64,000 bases of DNA, taken from positions 1 through 64,000 of the IMG/VR virus record IMGVR_UViG_3300045972_000807; one strand, written 5' to 3'. Made by a program: the position numbers and the translations under genes. The stretch is from a virus. The notes under the pieces are model-generated. The model made no database searches, was not told the DNA's origin, and saw nothing but the letters and a program-made list of their open reading frames with translations. Of this stretch, positions 55,639-64,000 are shown in pieces (within the stretch, counting starts at the first letter, position 1; each line of letters begins with the position of its first letter).

Positions 55639-55647
55639 ATTAAATTG
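55639..55647 (-). promoter_or_regulatory. candidate late-promoter element CAATTTAAT
   Basis: Intergenic, upstream of the fibre operon. Confidence 0.35.
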
Positions 55648-55663
55648 AATTTGAAGAATGCGG

Positions 55664-56599
55664 CTATTGGTTAGGGAATGGAGAACTTGTAACTGTAAAG
55701 TTTGAGGTATACCTGGCAACTCCGCTAGTAATACGCAAATCGTCCAGATAGTCCTGTGCGTAGCCGTTAGAGAACCCGCCTATGGTAAGGGGTACCGCGG
55801 CGTTGTACTGAGGTGTTCCATTCATAGTCGCAGTTCCGTCCAAAACACCATCTAGGAATACTCTAAGAGTTGTTCCCTGCTTGGTCATTGCAATATGCCG
55901 CCAGCCACTTCCTACGGCTACTGTTGTTGCCCCGGCTAGTGCGTTTGTGGTACCGTTGAAATAGAACCAAACTACGCGTCCCGTAGACCCAATACCGAAT
56001 GACCAGTAGTCACTGCCGCCTGTTGCGGTCATGTGTCCAACCTGGATTGGCTGGGTAGCAGTCCCCTTAGCCAATTGATGGTTAATCCACATTTCGATAG
56101 TGAAATCAGACTGTGCCCAGTTAGTCAATGCTGTGGTGTACGGGAACGTTGCGTAACGCGCAGTTCCGTCCATGTTCAAACTTTGGCTAAACTTTGCACC
56201 CGAACTAAAGTAAGCCATGCTATGGTTAGTAGCAACGTTGCCCTTTTGATCTGTAAGATTACCATCAAAGTGGCATAGCAAGGCTACGTTTGCAAAGTAC
56301 GGATCTGAAGCGGGTGGCTGGACCGTACAGTTAGCTGATGCCTGACCTTGGCCGTTTAAGGGGCTCCAAGGTTGCGTAGCCGTTACCGTGCAACTTCCCG
56401 CGGCAACTACAGTGGCAGTCGAACCTGCTATTGAAATAATACCCGAGTCGCTAGAGGTATATGTCCACGACGTAGTCAGAGTTGACGAAGGGGGAGTTAT
56501 AGTAAAAGGTGCATCACCAAAAGTCTTGGTGGGCATTGAAAATGTACCTAGTACAGGCATAGTATCGCCTAGGTACCCCTGTGAAGATATTATAGACAT
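55664..56599 (-). CDS. Ig-like + LamG (ConA-like) virion adhesin
   Basis: N-terminal Ig-like segment; DPYFANVALL; DFTIEMW...WRHIAM...LDDLRITSGVARYTSNF. Confidence 0.8.
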   Translation of the reverse strand: MSIISSQGYLGDTMPVLGTFSMPTKTFGDAPFTITPPSSTLTTSWTYTSSDSGIISIAGSTATVVAAGSCTVTATQPWSPLNGQGQASANCTVQPPASDPYFANVALLCHFDGNLTDQKGNVATNHSMAYFSSGAKFSQSLNMDGTARYATFPYTTALTNWAQSDFTIEMWINHQLAKGTATQPIQVGHMTATGGSDYWSFGIGSTGRVVWFYFNGTTNALAGATTVAVGSGWRHIAMTKQGTTLRVFLDGVLDGTATMNGTPQYNAAVPLTIGGFSNGYAQDYLDDLRITSGVARYTSNFTVTSSPFPNQ

Positions 56600-56608
56600 T
56601 TAGTTTCC

Positions 56609-57850
56609 TTAAAACAAGCCCACGCCAGTAGCTAGCCAAGTTGTGGCGTTGACTCGCTTCATTAAGGTAGCTAAACCGTTGACTGCCAGCGTGCGCGTGC
56701 CAGTTGTAGCGGTGCCCACAAGCTTCATGGTGTCGGTAGTAACCGTGATCGTTATAGGCGAGGCAGACGTATTCAAAATCTGAATCACGGTACCAATTGG
56801 GAATGCCACGGCGCTGTTAGCTGGAATAGTGATGTTGCCCGATGCTTCTAGGCAGGTACCTCGGTCAGCTAAAGCTAGCGTGTACGCGCCTACTATTGTT
56901 TGGGGCACATCGCGTAGACGATCAACAAATGCTGTAGAAGCTATCGTAGTACCTGCGGTACCCCACACTTGAGTTGTGGTAGAGGTTACACTGATAGCTG
57001 CCGTACCTGCCAAGGTAATACGTCCTTTGCTGTCTACTTGAATCTGAGGAACGTGCGTAGCGTCACCGTAGTTACCGGCTGTAACGCCGGAGGCCGCTAG
57101 CGTAAGCGCGATAGTACCTGTACCTGAACCTGTGGCATCCCCTGTATAGGTGGTTGAAGGTGGCGTGGATGCTATAACGCTTAGCCCAGTTACACGTCCT
57201 TTGGCGTTAACCGTAATTTGAGGCGTGTTAGTAGCGTCTCCGTAGACACCTGGCGTAACACCTGTATTAGAAAGTGTAGTTGCTATTGTTCCGTTAGCCA
57301 ACGGAGTAGATGCTGCGGTAATGTCTCCGCTAAGTGCTAAGTTTACAGCACCAACATCGGCAATAGCCCGGGCTGCTGTGTAATATTTGTTTACCGTACC
57401 CTCAGTAAGGTTATCGGTGGTAGACCCAGACCAAGTACCTGTTGCTCCCTGAGGTCCTGTAGCTCCGGTTGCCCCGTTAGTCCCTATGTATCCGTTAGCT
57501 CCGGTGGGTCCTTGGGGCCCAGCTGGTCCGTCAATGCCTTGTAAACCTCGAGGGCCTGTAGCACCCGTAGCACCGTCTGACCCAACGTATCCGTTAGCGC
57601 CTGTGGGGCCTGTAGGTCCCTGAGAGCCAGTAGGGCCCTGTGGTCCCTGAATGCCAGGTATACCTTGGGGGCCTGCTGGGCCTGTTGGGCCTGTGGCCTG
57701 TTTAGCTGCCAAGTCTTGCTGAATGCCGTAGATGATACCGTCAAGCTGGACTAGGGCAGCCAGTACGGCGTCAATGTCGCCTAGACGGGCATCGTAAATT
57801 GTTCCGCCTGGTATAGGCATGTTCAAACGGGGTGTGGTACTAACGCTCAT
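56609..57850 (-). CDS. collagen-like tail fibre protein
   Basis: 29 consecutive Gly-X-Y triplets; [14 protein letters not shown]; two TVxxKGR-type repeats. Confidence 0.85.
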   Translation of the reverse strand: MSVSTTPRLNMPIPGGTIYDARLGDIDAVLAALVQLDGIIYGIQQDLAAKQATGPTGPAGPQGIPGIQGPQGPTGSQGPTGPTGANGYVGSDGATGATGPRGLQGIDGPAGPQGPTGANGYIGTNGATGATGPQGATGTWSGSTTDNLTEGTVNKYYTAARAIADVGAVNLALSGDITAASTPLANGTIATTLSNTGVTPGVYGDATNTPQITVNAKGRVTGLSVIASTPPSTTYTGDATGSGTGTIALTLAASGVTAGNYGDATHVPQIQVDSKGRITLAGTAAISVTSTTTQVWGTAGTTIASTAFVDRLRDVPQTIVGAYTLALADRGTCLEASGNITIPANSAVAFPIGTVIQILNTSASPITITVTTDTMKLVGTATTGTRTLAVNGLATLMKRVNATTWLATGVGLF

Positions 57851-57875
57851 GATAATTTCCTTGGTTAAAAGTCTT

Positions 57876-57907
57876 AACTAGGCCTAAGAGATTTCTTAGG
57901 CCTAGTT
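57876..57907. terminator. 14-bp hairpin, probable terminator
   Basis: AACTAGGCCTAAGA-GATT-TCTTAGGCCTAGTT. Confidence 0.65.
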
Positions 57908-57917
57908 TGTTGCTACG

Positions 57918-60900
57918 TTAGTTAGTAGGGAACGCTGCGGTGGGTACTGCAAAGTCTGCGGTATACCGGCCAGTGCCCTTAGTTATACGCAGGTCATCAA
58001 TGTATCCAGCGTAGTAGTAAGTTCCTGTTCCAGCATTGTCGAATCCCACGGTAACGCCACTTGCACCTATCGTGTAGTTGGTTGTGTCTGCGTAAGAAGA
58101 TCCAACCTGAACACCGTTAACGTACATCTTAGTCACGCCGTTGACGCGGGACAGAGCGATGTGGTACCAAGTGTTTACTGCCAATACAGGGCCTGTGATA
58201 CGCGCTGCTGTGCTAACATAGTAGGTCAAGGTAGTACCTGAAGCCAGGTACAGCCAAGGGTACGTGCCGTTAGCACCCGCTGGGCGGAAGCCTAACAAGG
58301 TAGCAAACCCGTTAGCCAACGCGGTGGGATAAGTCCAGAACTCCATAGTGAAGTCACCAGTGCCCAAGGCAAGGTTGGCCGAGGAAGGTATCGTTGCGTA
58401 GTCGTTAGCCCCGCTAAGATAAAGCGATCCGTTACCAAACTTGCTGAAGCTGCTGACCTTAGCATTACCTGCCAGAACAACATCGTTAGCACCTGAGGTG
58501 TCTGTCGCCGCACCGTTGGTACCGCTAAGCAGCAACTTGGCATTACTAACCGCGGTTAGCGGGGTGGTAGAGGGCGTGAAGTTAGCTGGGTATTGAGCCG
58601 AGCCTTTAACGATACGCAGGTTGGAAATGTATCCGTTAAAGTAATAGGCTGGCGTAGTAACTACAGGGTCTGTCCTACCTACAGTGGCGCGATACGAGGC
58701 GGACCTAGTGCCAAAAGTGCTTATAGATCCTGACCCTGAAGCGATCCCGTTTATGTAGAAGGTTAAAACTCCGCCGCTAGCCACAAGAGCTATGTGATTC
58801 CACGTATTGACTGAGATAGTGGAAGTAGAACCTAACTGAGAAGCTGTATTACCTACCCCAGTGGCGTACTCAAAGTTAATAGCCCCTGTGGTAAGAATAC
58901 TTACGTCACACTGATGGTTTGCCCAGTTATTAGCCCCGCCGTCACTCAGGAAGACAATCTGTTGAATAGCAGCTAACGAGTTTGTATAAACCCAAGCTTC
59001 AATAGTGAAATCCCCAGCATTGAAGGTCGACAAAGAAGTTCCAGAGTTAGACGCAACTAAGTAATCTGTAGTTCCATTGAAGTAGATAGAGCCACCTTTT
59101 GTTTCGGCGTTGTTTCCAAACGGGCTAAACGTGCCTTGCGTTGGGTTACCTGTAGCTGTAACTGCCAAGGAGTTGGCGCTACTGTCAAGGAATACCTTGT
59201 TGGTAGACACATTCTGGGTAACGTTCTGGATGTCACCTTGTAACAACAAAGAGTTAAAGCTGAAGTACGGGTCAGTAGCACTGCTATCAGGCAATGCAGC
59301 TGTCGGTGCTGTAAAGTTGGCAGTGTACCGAGCTAGGCCGTTAGTGATTCGCAGATCGTCGATGTAGCCAGGAAAGTAGTTAAGTGCACTTGGACCGTAT
59401 CGACCTATAGTAGCCGAGCGTGCCGCGCTAGACGTATAGGTTGAGGTTGCGGTTGCGCTAGCTACACCATTAACGTACACTGTTACGGTGGTACCTACTT
59501 TGCACACAGCCACGTGTGACCAGGTATTCAAAGCAACTGTTGCCGAGCTTGTTATGTTTACCGTGCCGTCAAAGTAGCTAACCGTGTTAGCGGGCAGCAA
59601 CAAAAACTCATCCGTATTGGCAAAACTCACGATGCGTGATGTGCTGGCAGCTGTAGGATAGACCCATGCTTCAATCGTGAAGTTCCCACTGAAAGCTAAA
59701 CCCAGGCTTGGCGACGTTACTAGGTAGTCTGTGCTTCCGTTGAACTTCATAGCGCCTGTGCCGTACTTGACCACCGACGTTTGGGTGGCCGCACCGCTAA
59801 CGGTAACGATAGCGTTCTTACCAGTGCCATCCACAATGCCTGCGCCTACGCCGTTCAGCAAAAGAACCGTGTTGTTCACCGGAGCCAAGGGACCTGTGGG
59901 CACTGCAAAGTTGCTAGTGTACAAAGCTGTACCGTTAACAACTCGAACATTGCTAAGGTAACCGTTGACCAAGCCTGTGACGTCGTTCCGCATACCAATA
60001 TACATTACTGCATTTTGGCCTATCGTTGCAGCCACATTGCCAACGTAAACAGACACACCGTTAACAAAAGCGCGCAGGACGCTGCTTGAGCGAGACACGG
60101 CCAAGTGTGTCCATGTGTTGATTGGAATGTTGGCAGTAGTAGTGAGGTAACCCACTGCAGCGTAACCCCAAGCTATCTTGCCAGTTCCAGTCCCAGGAGT
60201 AATCAGGAACTGGTCACTAGAACCTGAACCGCCGGTGCAGACAATCTCCATGTCACCTGTAGTCTTAGGATAAATCCAAGCTTCAATAGTGTGGTCCCCA
60301 GCAAATATCCAGTTGCTGCTTGCAGGGGCAGTAAAGTAGTCTGTTGAGCCATTGAAGTACAGGGAGCCGCCGTGAACAGCCGGGTTGTAGGTTACGGACG
60401 AGAACGGAGAAAACGCCTGAATACTAGGAGTTCCCGAGGGAGTCAAAGTAAAGTTGCTGGCACTGTTATCCTTGAAACGGTTGCTCTGAAGAGCAAGTAC
60501 GCTTGTACCGGCTACAGCAGTCAAGGGACTTGTAGTAGGCGTGAATCCGGCCGAGTAGAGCGCTGTACCTTTTACAAGGCGGAAGTTGCTCATGTAACCT
60601 GTGAGGGGAGCCCAACCTGGAAATCCACCAAGGTTCAAAGGTTGTGAAACCGTATTGACTTCCATGGAGCTTGTATAGCCTGTTCCCGAAGCAAGAGTCT
60701 TGGACACACCGTCTATGAACAGCAACCAAGTTCCCGAAGACCGAACTACAGCAATGTGCTGCCATTTATTGGCAACTACGGCACCAGTAGGTCCTGAGAA
60801 GTAGTTGAACGCACCGCCGCCGTCAGAGCCTGCCAGTATGAAAGCACCGGTGGCGTCAACAGAAACGTACCATTGGAAGTTAGCCCAGCCACTACCCGAG

Positions 60901-63900
60901 CTGTTCTTCATGATGGGTTGGTATGCTGAGCTGACAGTGGAGTACTGCCACCATTCCATCGTGAAGTCGCCTGTACCCAGAGTGAGAGCGCTAGCTGAAG
61001 CTAAGGGCACAGTAACGTAGTCGGAACTTCCGTTAAACAGGCTGCTCCAGCTTGCTGTGGTGTACGGAGAGAACGTTGCTTGCGTAGGTGTGCCTACCCG
61101 GGTTATAGTGGCTGCGTTATAGCTGCTATCCACAACAAGGTTGTTGTTCATAGCCGGAGCTGAGTAGCTAGTGCCGTCAGCGTGCAGCAGCAAACTTACT
61201 TGATTGAAGTAAGGGTCTGCGGAACTGCTATCACCGAACGTCTGTACTGGCGGCACAAAGCCTGACCAGTAGCGTGCGTAGCCCTTGGTGAATCGGAAAT
61301 CGTCAATGTAGCCTTGGAACGCGTAGGTCGTGTCTGCCTGAGCACTACCCACAACAAAGGGCAGACTGTTGTCGTACACCGAGCCCGCCAGAGTAGCGCT
61401 TGCTCCCAAGGCACCGTTGACAAACAACGAGAAGGTATTACCCTTACGCGTCATCGCTACGTGTGCCCAGGTGTTGGCTACAAGGCTTATTGAACTCGAA
61501 AGGTTTATACCCCAGGTAGTTCCGTTAACCGATACAACCATAGCAGGGGCCAAAGGATTGAGAGTCAACTCGATGCCGTAGCCATTTACCGTCTTCTTAG
61601 CCCACACACCGCAGGGGTTGATAGTTCCAGGAGTGTTGATCCAGCACTCCACCGTGAAGTCACCGCTGCCGAAGACCAGGTTGGGGTTATGCGGGATGGT
61701 AAGGTAGTCTGTTGTACCGTTGAAGTACATGGACTTACTACCAAACTTTTTCTGGACAGTAGAGGTACGCGCACCCGCGATGGTGTTAACATCGTTCTTA
61801 CCAGTAGCGTCCACAATAGCCAGGTTAGCGCTAGTCAACAGCAGCGCGGTGTTGGCATTGGTGGTCAACGGTGTAGTAGGCACGGCGAAGCTGCCTGTGT
61901 ACCGTGCAACACCCTTGGTGATACGCACTTCGTCGATGTAGCCTGTGAAGTATTGCGAGCCCGTGCCCGTAGCGTAGTAGCCTATTCCAGCTACAGTGTT
62001 ATCGACCAGAGAGTTAGCCCAGGCAACGCTGCTATCTTTGTATCCGTTAAGATACACTGACACAACACCGCTTGTCTTAACCACAGCCAAGTGAGTCCAA
62101 GCATTCAGGGCAAGGATACCTGTAGTGGTAAGCTTCTGTGCTGTCGTGTCTGCCAAGTAAACTGTGCCGGTTGTGTTAACCGTTATCTGGATACCGGACG
62201 TAGACCCGCCCAGCACCATAGCGTACAGCGTACCCACAGTCCGTCCTGTAGGGTAAACCCACATTTCAATCGTGAAGTCACCAGTATTAAATACCAGTGC
62301 GGTGTTAGCCGGCATGTAAAAGCCGTCTGTAGTTCCGTTGAACTGCATTGAAGCACTGCCAAACTTAGATACAGCAGTGCTTAGTTTAGCACCACTGGTG
62401 GTCAACAGAACGTTCTTGCCCGTGTTGTCTACAATACCCGCGTTGGTTCCGCTCAGCAAAAACGACGTATTGGTAATTGCGGTCAGCGGTGCAGTGCTAG
62501 GAACAAAGCTAGTCGTGTAGACAGCAGACTTAACTATCCGAAGGTTGCTAAGGTAACCAGGGTAAAGCTGACCACCGGCACCTTGCGCGCCTACGTACAG
62601 TGTACCGCTGAAAGCGTCAGCCGTGTTGTAGCTGATTTGAGTAACGTTAACGCCGTTAACGTAAAGCACGCAGTTGTTAGTGCCAGTGCCTTGACGGACA
62701 ATTGCAATATGGTTCCAGGAATTTACAGGCAGGTAAGAGCTTGTAGCCAAAAGCAAGCTACCGTTTATAACAAAGGCTACTCCGGATGTTCCCGTGCCCC
62801 GGTTAACCAAAATAGCCCAACCGCTTCCCGAACCTGCGTAAGTGCCGGCGACCTGATACCCGTAAGTCGTGCTAGCACCGCTGGTATTAACCCAGCACTC
62901 CAGCGTGAAGTCACCTGCGCCAAGCATAACATTGGTGCTTGCAGGTACGGTCAAGTAGTCGGATGTTCCGTTGAAGTACAGGGAGCCACCGTTGACTGAA
63001 GAGTTGTAGGAACTGCTAACAGGGAACGGTGAACCTTGCTGCACGCTGGGAGAGCCGGTAACAGTGATAGCCAGGTTGTTTGCACTGTTGTCTTTGAAGC
63101 GTGAGCTTTGGAACAACAAAGCACCTGTGCCTGATACTGCGGTTAGCGCAGAAGTAGGAGGTGCAAAGTTGGTTGTGTAAAGCGCAGTGCCTTTCAGGAC
63201 ACGGGCGTTAGACACGCTAATGCCGGTACCGTTGAACGTAGCACCGCCTGAAGTCCAATAGCCAGAGTAAACACCAAAAGTAGTGTCTGATATTGCACCA
63301 GCAGTCGTAGCTGACCCGCCTAGCACTCCGTTGTAGAAGGCTCGAACTGTGTTACCTTGCCGGGTTATAGCAAAATGATTCCAGGTGTTATAGGAAATAG
63401 TACCTATGGTCGTGTTCATTACGTCCCAAGTGCTACCGGTTGTAGAGATATAGACGTTTACGCTTCCGGAGCTTACCGCAATAAGCCAGCTATATCCGTT
63501 CTTGGAAAGGACGGCTACGTTAGCCGGAACTGTTGTGGGCACATAAGCCCAGCACTCAATAGTGAAGTCGCCTGTACCAACCTGGGTAGCTGCTGTGTTG
63601 GCTGTGCTAACGTAGTCCGATGCTGTCGGGAAGTTAACGTTCCAGCCAGAATTGCTAAACGGGCTCTTAGAACCTTGGCTAGGGCTACCGACCTTGGTCA
63701 GCGTAAGGTTGTTGGCACTTGAGTCTACAAACACGTTGTTTTGAGCCGCATTAGCGCCGTCAGCGTGCAGCAACAGGGAGTCGTACTGGAAGTACGGGTC
63801 GGTTGAAGACACGTCTGGGAACTGAGCGTAAGGCACTGACAGTGCAGTGTAGAGGGCACTACGCGACACCCGCACGTTAGCCAAGTAACCGTTAAGATAG

Positions 63901-64000
63901 AACGGTGTGGACATTACGCCCATTGAGATACCGTTCTGACCCAAGGTGTAGTTGTTACCGGATGAGCCTCCGGTCATCACTCCGGCAACGCCGTTAACAA
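57918..64000 (-). CDS. giant LamG/ConA-like repeat virion protein (5' end outside window)
   Basis: Nine complete (D/N)(F/H)TxExW...WxH...R modules plus a partial one; frame stays open to the window edge. Confidence 0.9.
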   Translation of the reverse strand, partial: VNGVAGVMTGGSSGNNYTLGQNGISMGVMSTPFYLNGYLANVRVSRSALYTALSVPYAQFPDVSSTDPYFQYDSLLLHADGANAAQNNVFVDSSANNLTLTKVGSPSQGSKSPFSNSGWNVNFPTASDYVSTANTAATQVGTGDFTIECWAYVPTTVPANVAVLSKNGYSWLIAVSSGSVNVYISTTGSTWDVMNTTIGTISYNTWNHFAITRQGNTVRAFYNGVLGGSATTAGAISDTTFGVYSGYWTSGGATFNGTGISVSNARVLKGTALYTTNFAPPTSALTAVSGTGALLFQSSRFKDNSANNLAITVTGSPSVQQGSPFPVSSSYNSSVNGGSLYFNGTSDYLTVPASTNVMLGAGDFTLECWVNTSGASTTYGYQVAGTYAGSGSGWAILVNRGTGTSGVAFVINGSLLLATSSYLPVNSWNHIAIVRQGTGTNNCVLYVNGVNVTQISYNTADAFSGTLYVGAQGAGGQLYPGYLSNLRIVKSAVYTTSFVPSTAPLTAITNTSFLLSGTNAGIVDNTGKNVLLTTSGAKLSTAVSKFGSASMQFNGTTDGFYMPANTALVFNTGDFTIEMWVYPTGRTVGTLYAMVLGGSTSGIQITVNTTGTVYLADTTAQKLTTTGILALNAWTHLAVVKTSGVVSVYLNGYKDSSVAWANSLVDNTVAGIGYYATGTGSQYFTGYIDEVRITKGVARYTGSFAVPTTPLTTNANTALLLTSANLAIVDATGKNDVNTIAGARTSTVQKKFGSKSMYFNGTTDYLTIPHNPNLVFGSGDFTVECWINTPGTINPCGVWAKKTVNGYGIELTLNPLAPAMVVSVNGTTWGINLSSSISLVANTWAHVAMTRKGNTFSLFVNGALGASATLAGSVYDNSLPFVVGSAQADTTYAFQGYIDDFRFTKGYARYWSGFVPPVQTFGDSSSADPYFNQVSLLLHADGTSYSAPAMNNNLVVDSSYNAATITRVGTPTQATFSPYTTASWSSLFNGSSDYVTVPLASASALTLGTGDFTMEWWQYSTVSSAYQPIMKNSSGSGWANFQWYVSVDATGAFILAGSDGGGAFNYFSGPTGAVVANKWQHIAVVRSSGTWLLFIDGVSKTLASGTGYTSSMEVNTVSQPLNLGGFPGWAPLTGYMSNFRLVKGTALYSAGFTPTTSPLTAVAGTSVLALQSNRFKDNSASNFTLTPSGTPSIQAFSPFSSVTYNPAVHGGSLYFNGSTDYFTAPASSNWIFAGDHTIEAWIYPKTTGDMEIVCTGGSGSSDQFLITPGTGTGKIAWGYAAVGYLTTTANIPINTWTHLAVSRSSSVLRAFVNGVSVYVGNVAATIGQNAVMYIGMRNDVTGLVNGYLSNVRVVNGTALYTSNFAVPTGPLAPVNNTVLLLNGVGAGIVDGTGKNAIVTVSGAATQTSVVKYGTGAMKFNGSTDYLVTSPSLGLAFSGNFTIEAWVYPTAASTSRIVSFANTDEFLLLPANTVSYFDGTVNITSSATVALNTWSHVAVCKVGTTVTVYVNGVASATATSTYTSSAARSATIGRYGPSALNYFPGYIDDLRITNGLARYTANFTAPTAALPDSSATDPYFSFNSLLLQGDIQNVTQNVSTNKVFLDSSANSLAVTATGNPTQGTFSPFGNNAETKGGSIYFNGTTDYLVASNSGTSLSTFNAGDFTIEAWVYTNSLAAIQQIVFLSDGGANNWANHQCDVSILTTGAINFEYATGVGNTASQLGSTSTISVNTWNHIALVASGGVLTFYINGIASGSGSISTFGTRSASYRATVGRTDPVVTTPAYYFNGYISNLRIVKGSAQYPANFTPSTTPLTAVSNAKLLLSGTNGAATDTSGANDVVLAGNAKVSSFSKFGNGSLYLSGANDYATIPSSANLALGTGDFTMEFWTYPTALANGFATLLGFRPAGANGTYPWLYLASGTTLTYYVSTAARITGPVLAVNTWYHIALSRVNGVTKMYVNGVQVGSSYADTTNYTIGASGVTVGFDNAGTGTYYYAGYIDDLRITKGTGRYTADFAVPTAAFPTN

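Noticed and set aside
1-64000. CRISPR array or cas operon suggested by the Cas4-like gene
   Set aside because: No repeat-spacer array or other cas genes were seen; all tandem repeats are in-frame coding repeats.
50742-64000. Diversity-generating retroelement suggested by Mtd-like N-termini and repeats
   Set aside because: No reverse transcriptase is in the window. Repeat pairs such as about 53740-53830 versus 54310-54400 differ mainly at synonymous sites, not specifically at adenines.
1-64000. Stop-codon reassignment
   Set aside because: Standard code gives dense, full-length genes, and TAA, TAG and TGA all end well-defined proteins.
1-64000. Prophage or host chromosome origin
   Set aside because: No integrase, repressor, att site or bacterial housekeeping synteny; the host-like genes are embedded singly in phage operons.

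Overview
This window is a 64-kb segment of a large lytic tailed-phage genome, probably a jumbo phage. The host is Gram-negative, as shown by an embedded Rz/Rz1 spanin pair. Apart from five small + strand genes at the left edge, everything is on the - strand. From right to left it holds: (i) a tail-fibre/adhesin block with a giant LamG-repeat protein cut by the window edge, a collagen fibre, three fibres sharing an N-terminal domain, a chaperone, a permuted-papain protein, a C1A cysteine protease and spanins; (ii) probable head/virion proteins, many sharing leader and junction motifs, including a DarA C-terminal-like fusion, plus HNH, ParB-like, TraR-like, two membrane proteins, a periplasmic solute-binding protein and a Nudix hydrolase; (iii) replication and transcription genes (SNF2 helicase, family A polymerase, primase, SbcD-like nuclease, GIY-YIG endonuclease, folE, J-domain, zincin, SWIM, sigma factor, SSB, RecA); (iv) terminase, portal, prohead protease and a Cas4-like nuclease; (v) a three-gene c-di-GMP cassette. 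From memory only, and unchecked, the gene set recalls phiRSL1/Lu11/PaBG-type jumbo phages. The best candidate for an undescribed system is the c-di-GMP cassette: an intact 7TM-GGDEF-EAL enzyme, a small Arg-rich membrane peptide, and a membrane GGDEF protein that has lost its catalytic residues but kept its I-site, possibly linked to the phage periplasmic sensor. The next best are a putative head-cargo sorting/processing code and a putative DGGxF docking chain among the tail fibres. All calls come from motif reading by eye; no searches were run.
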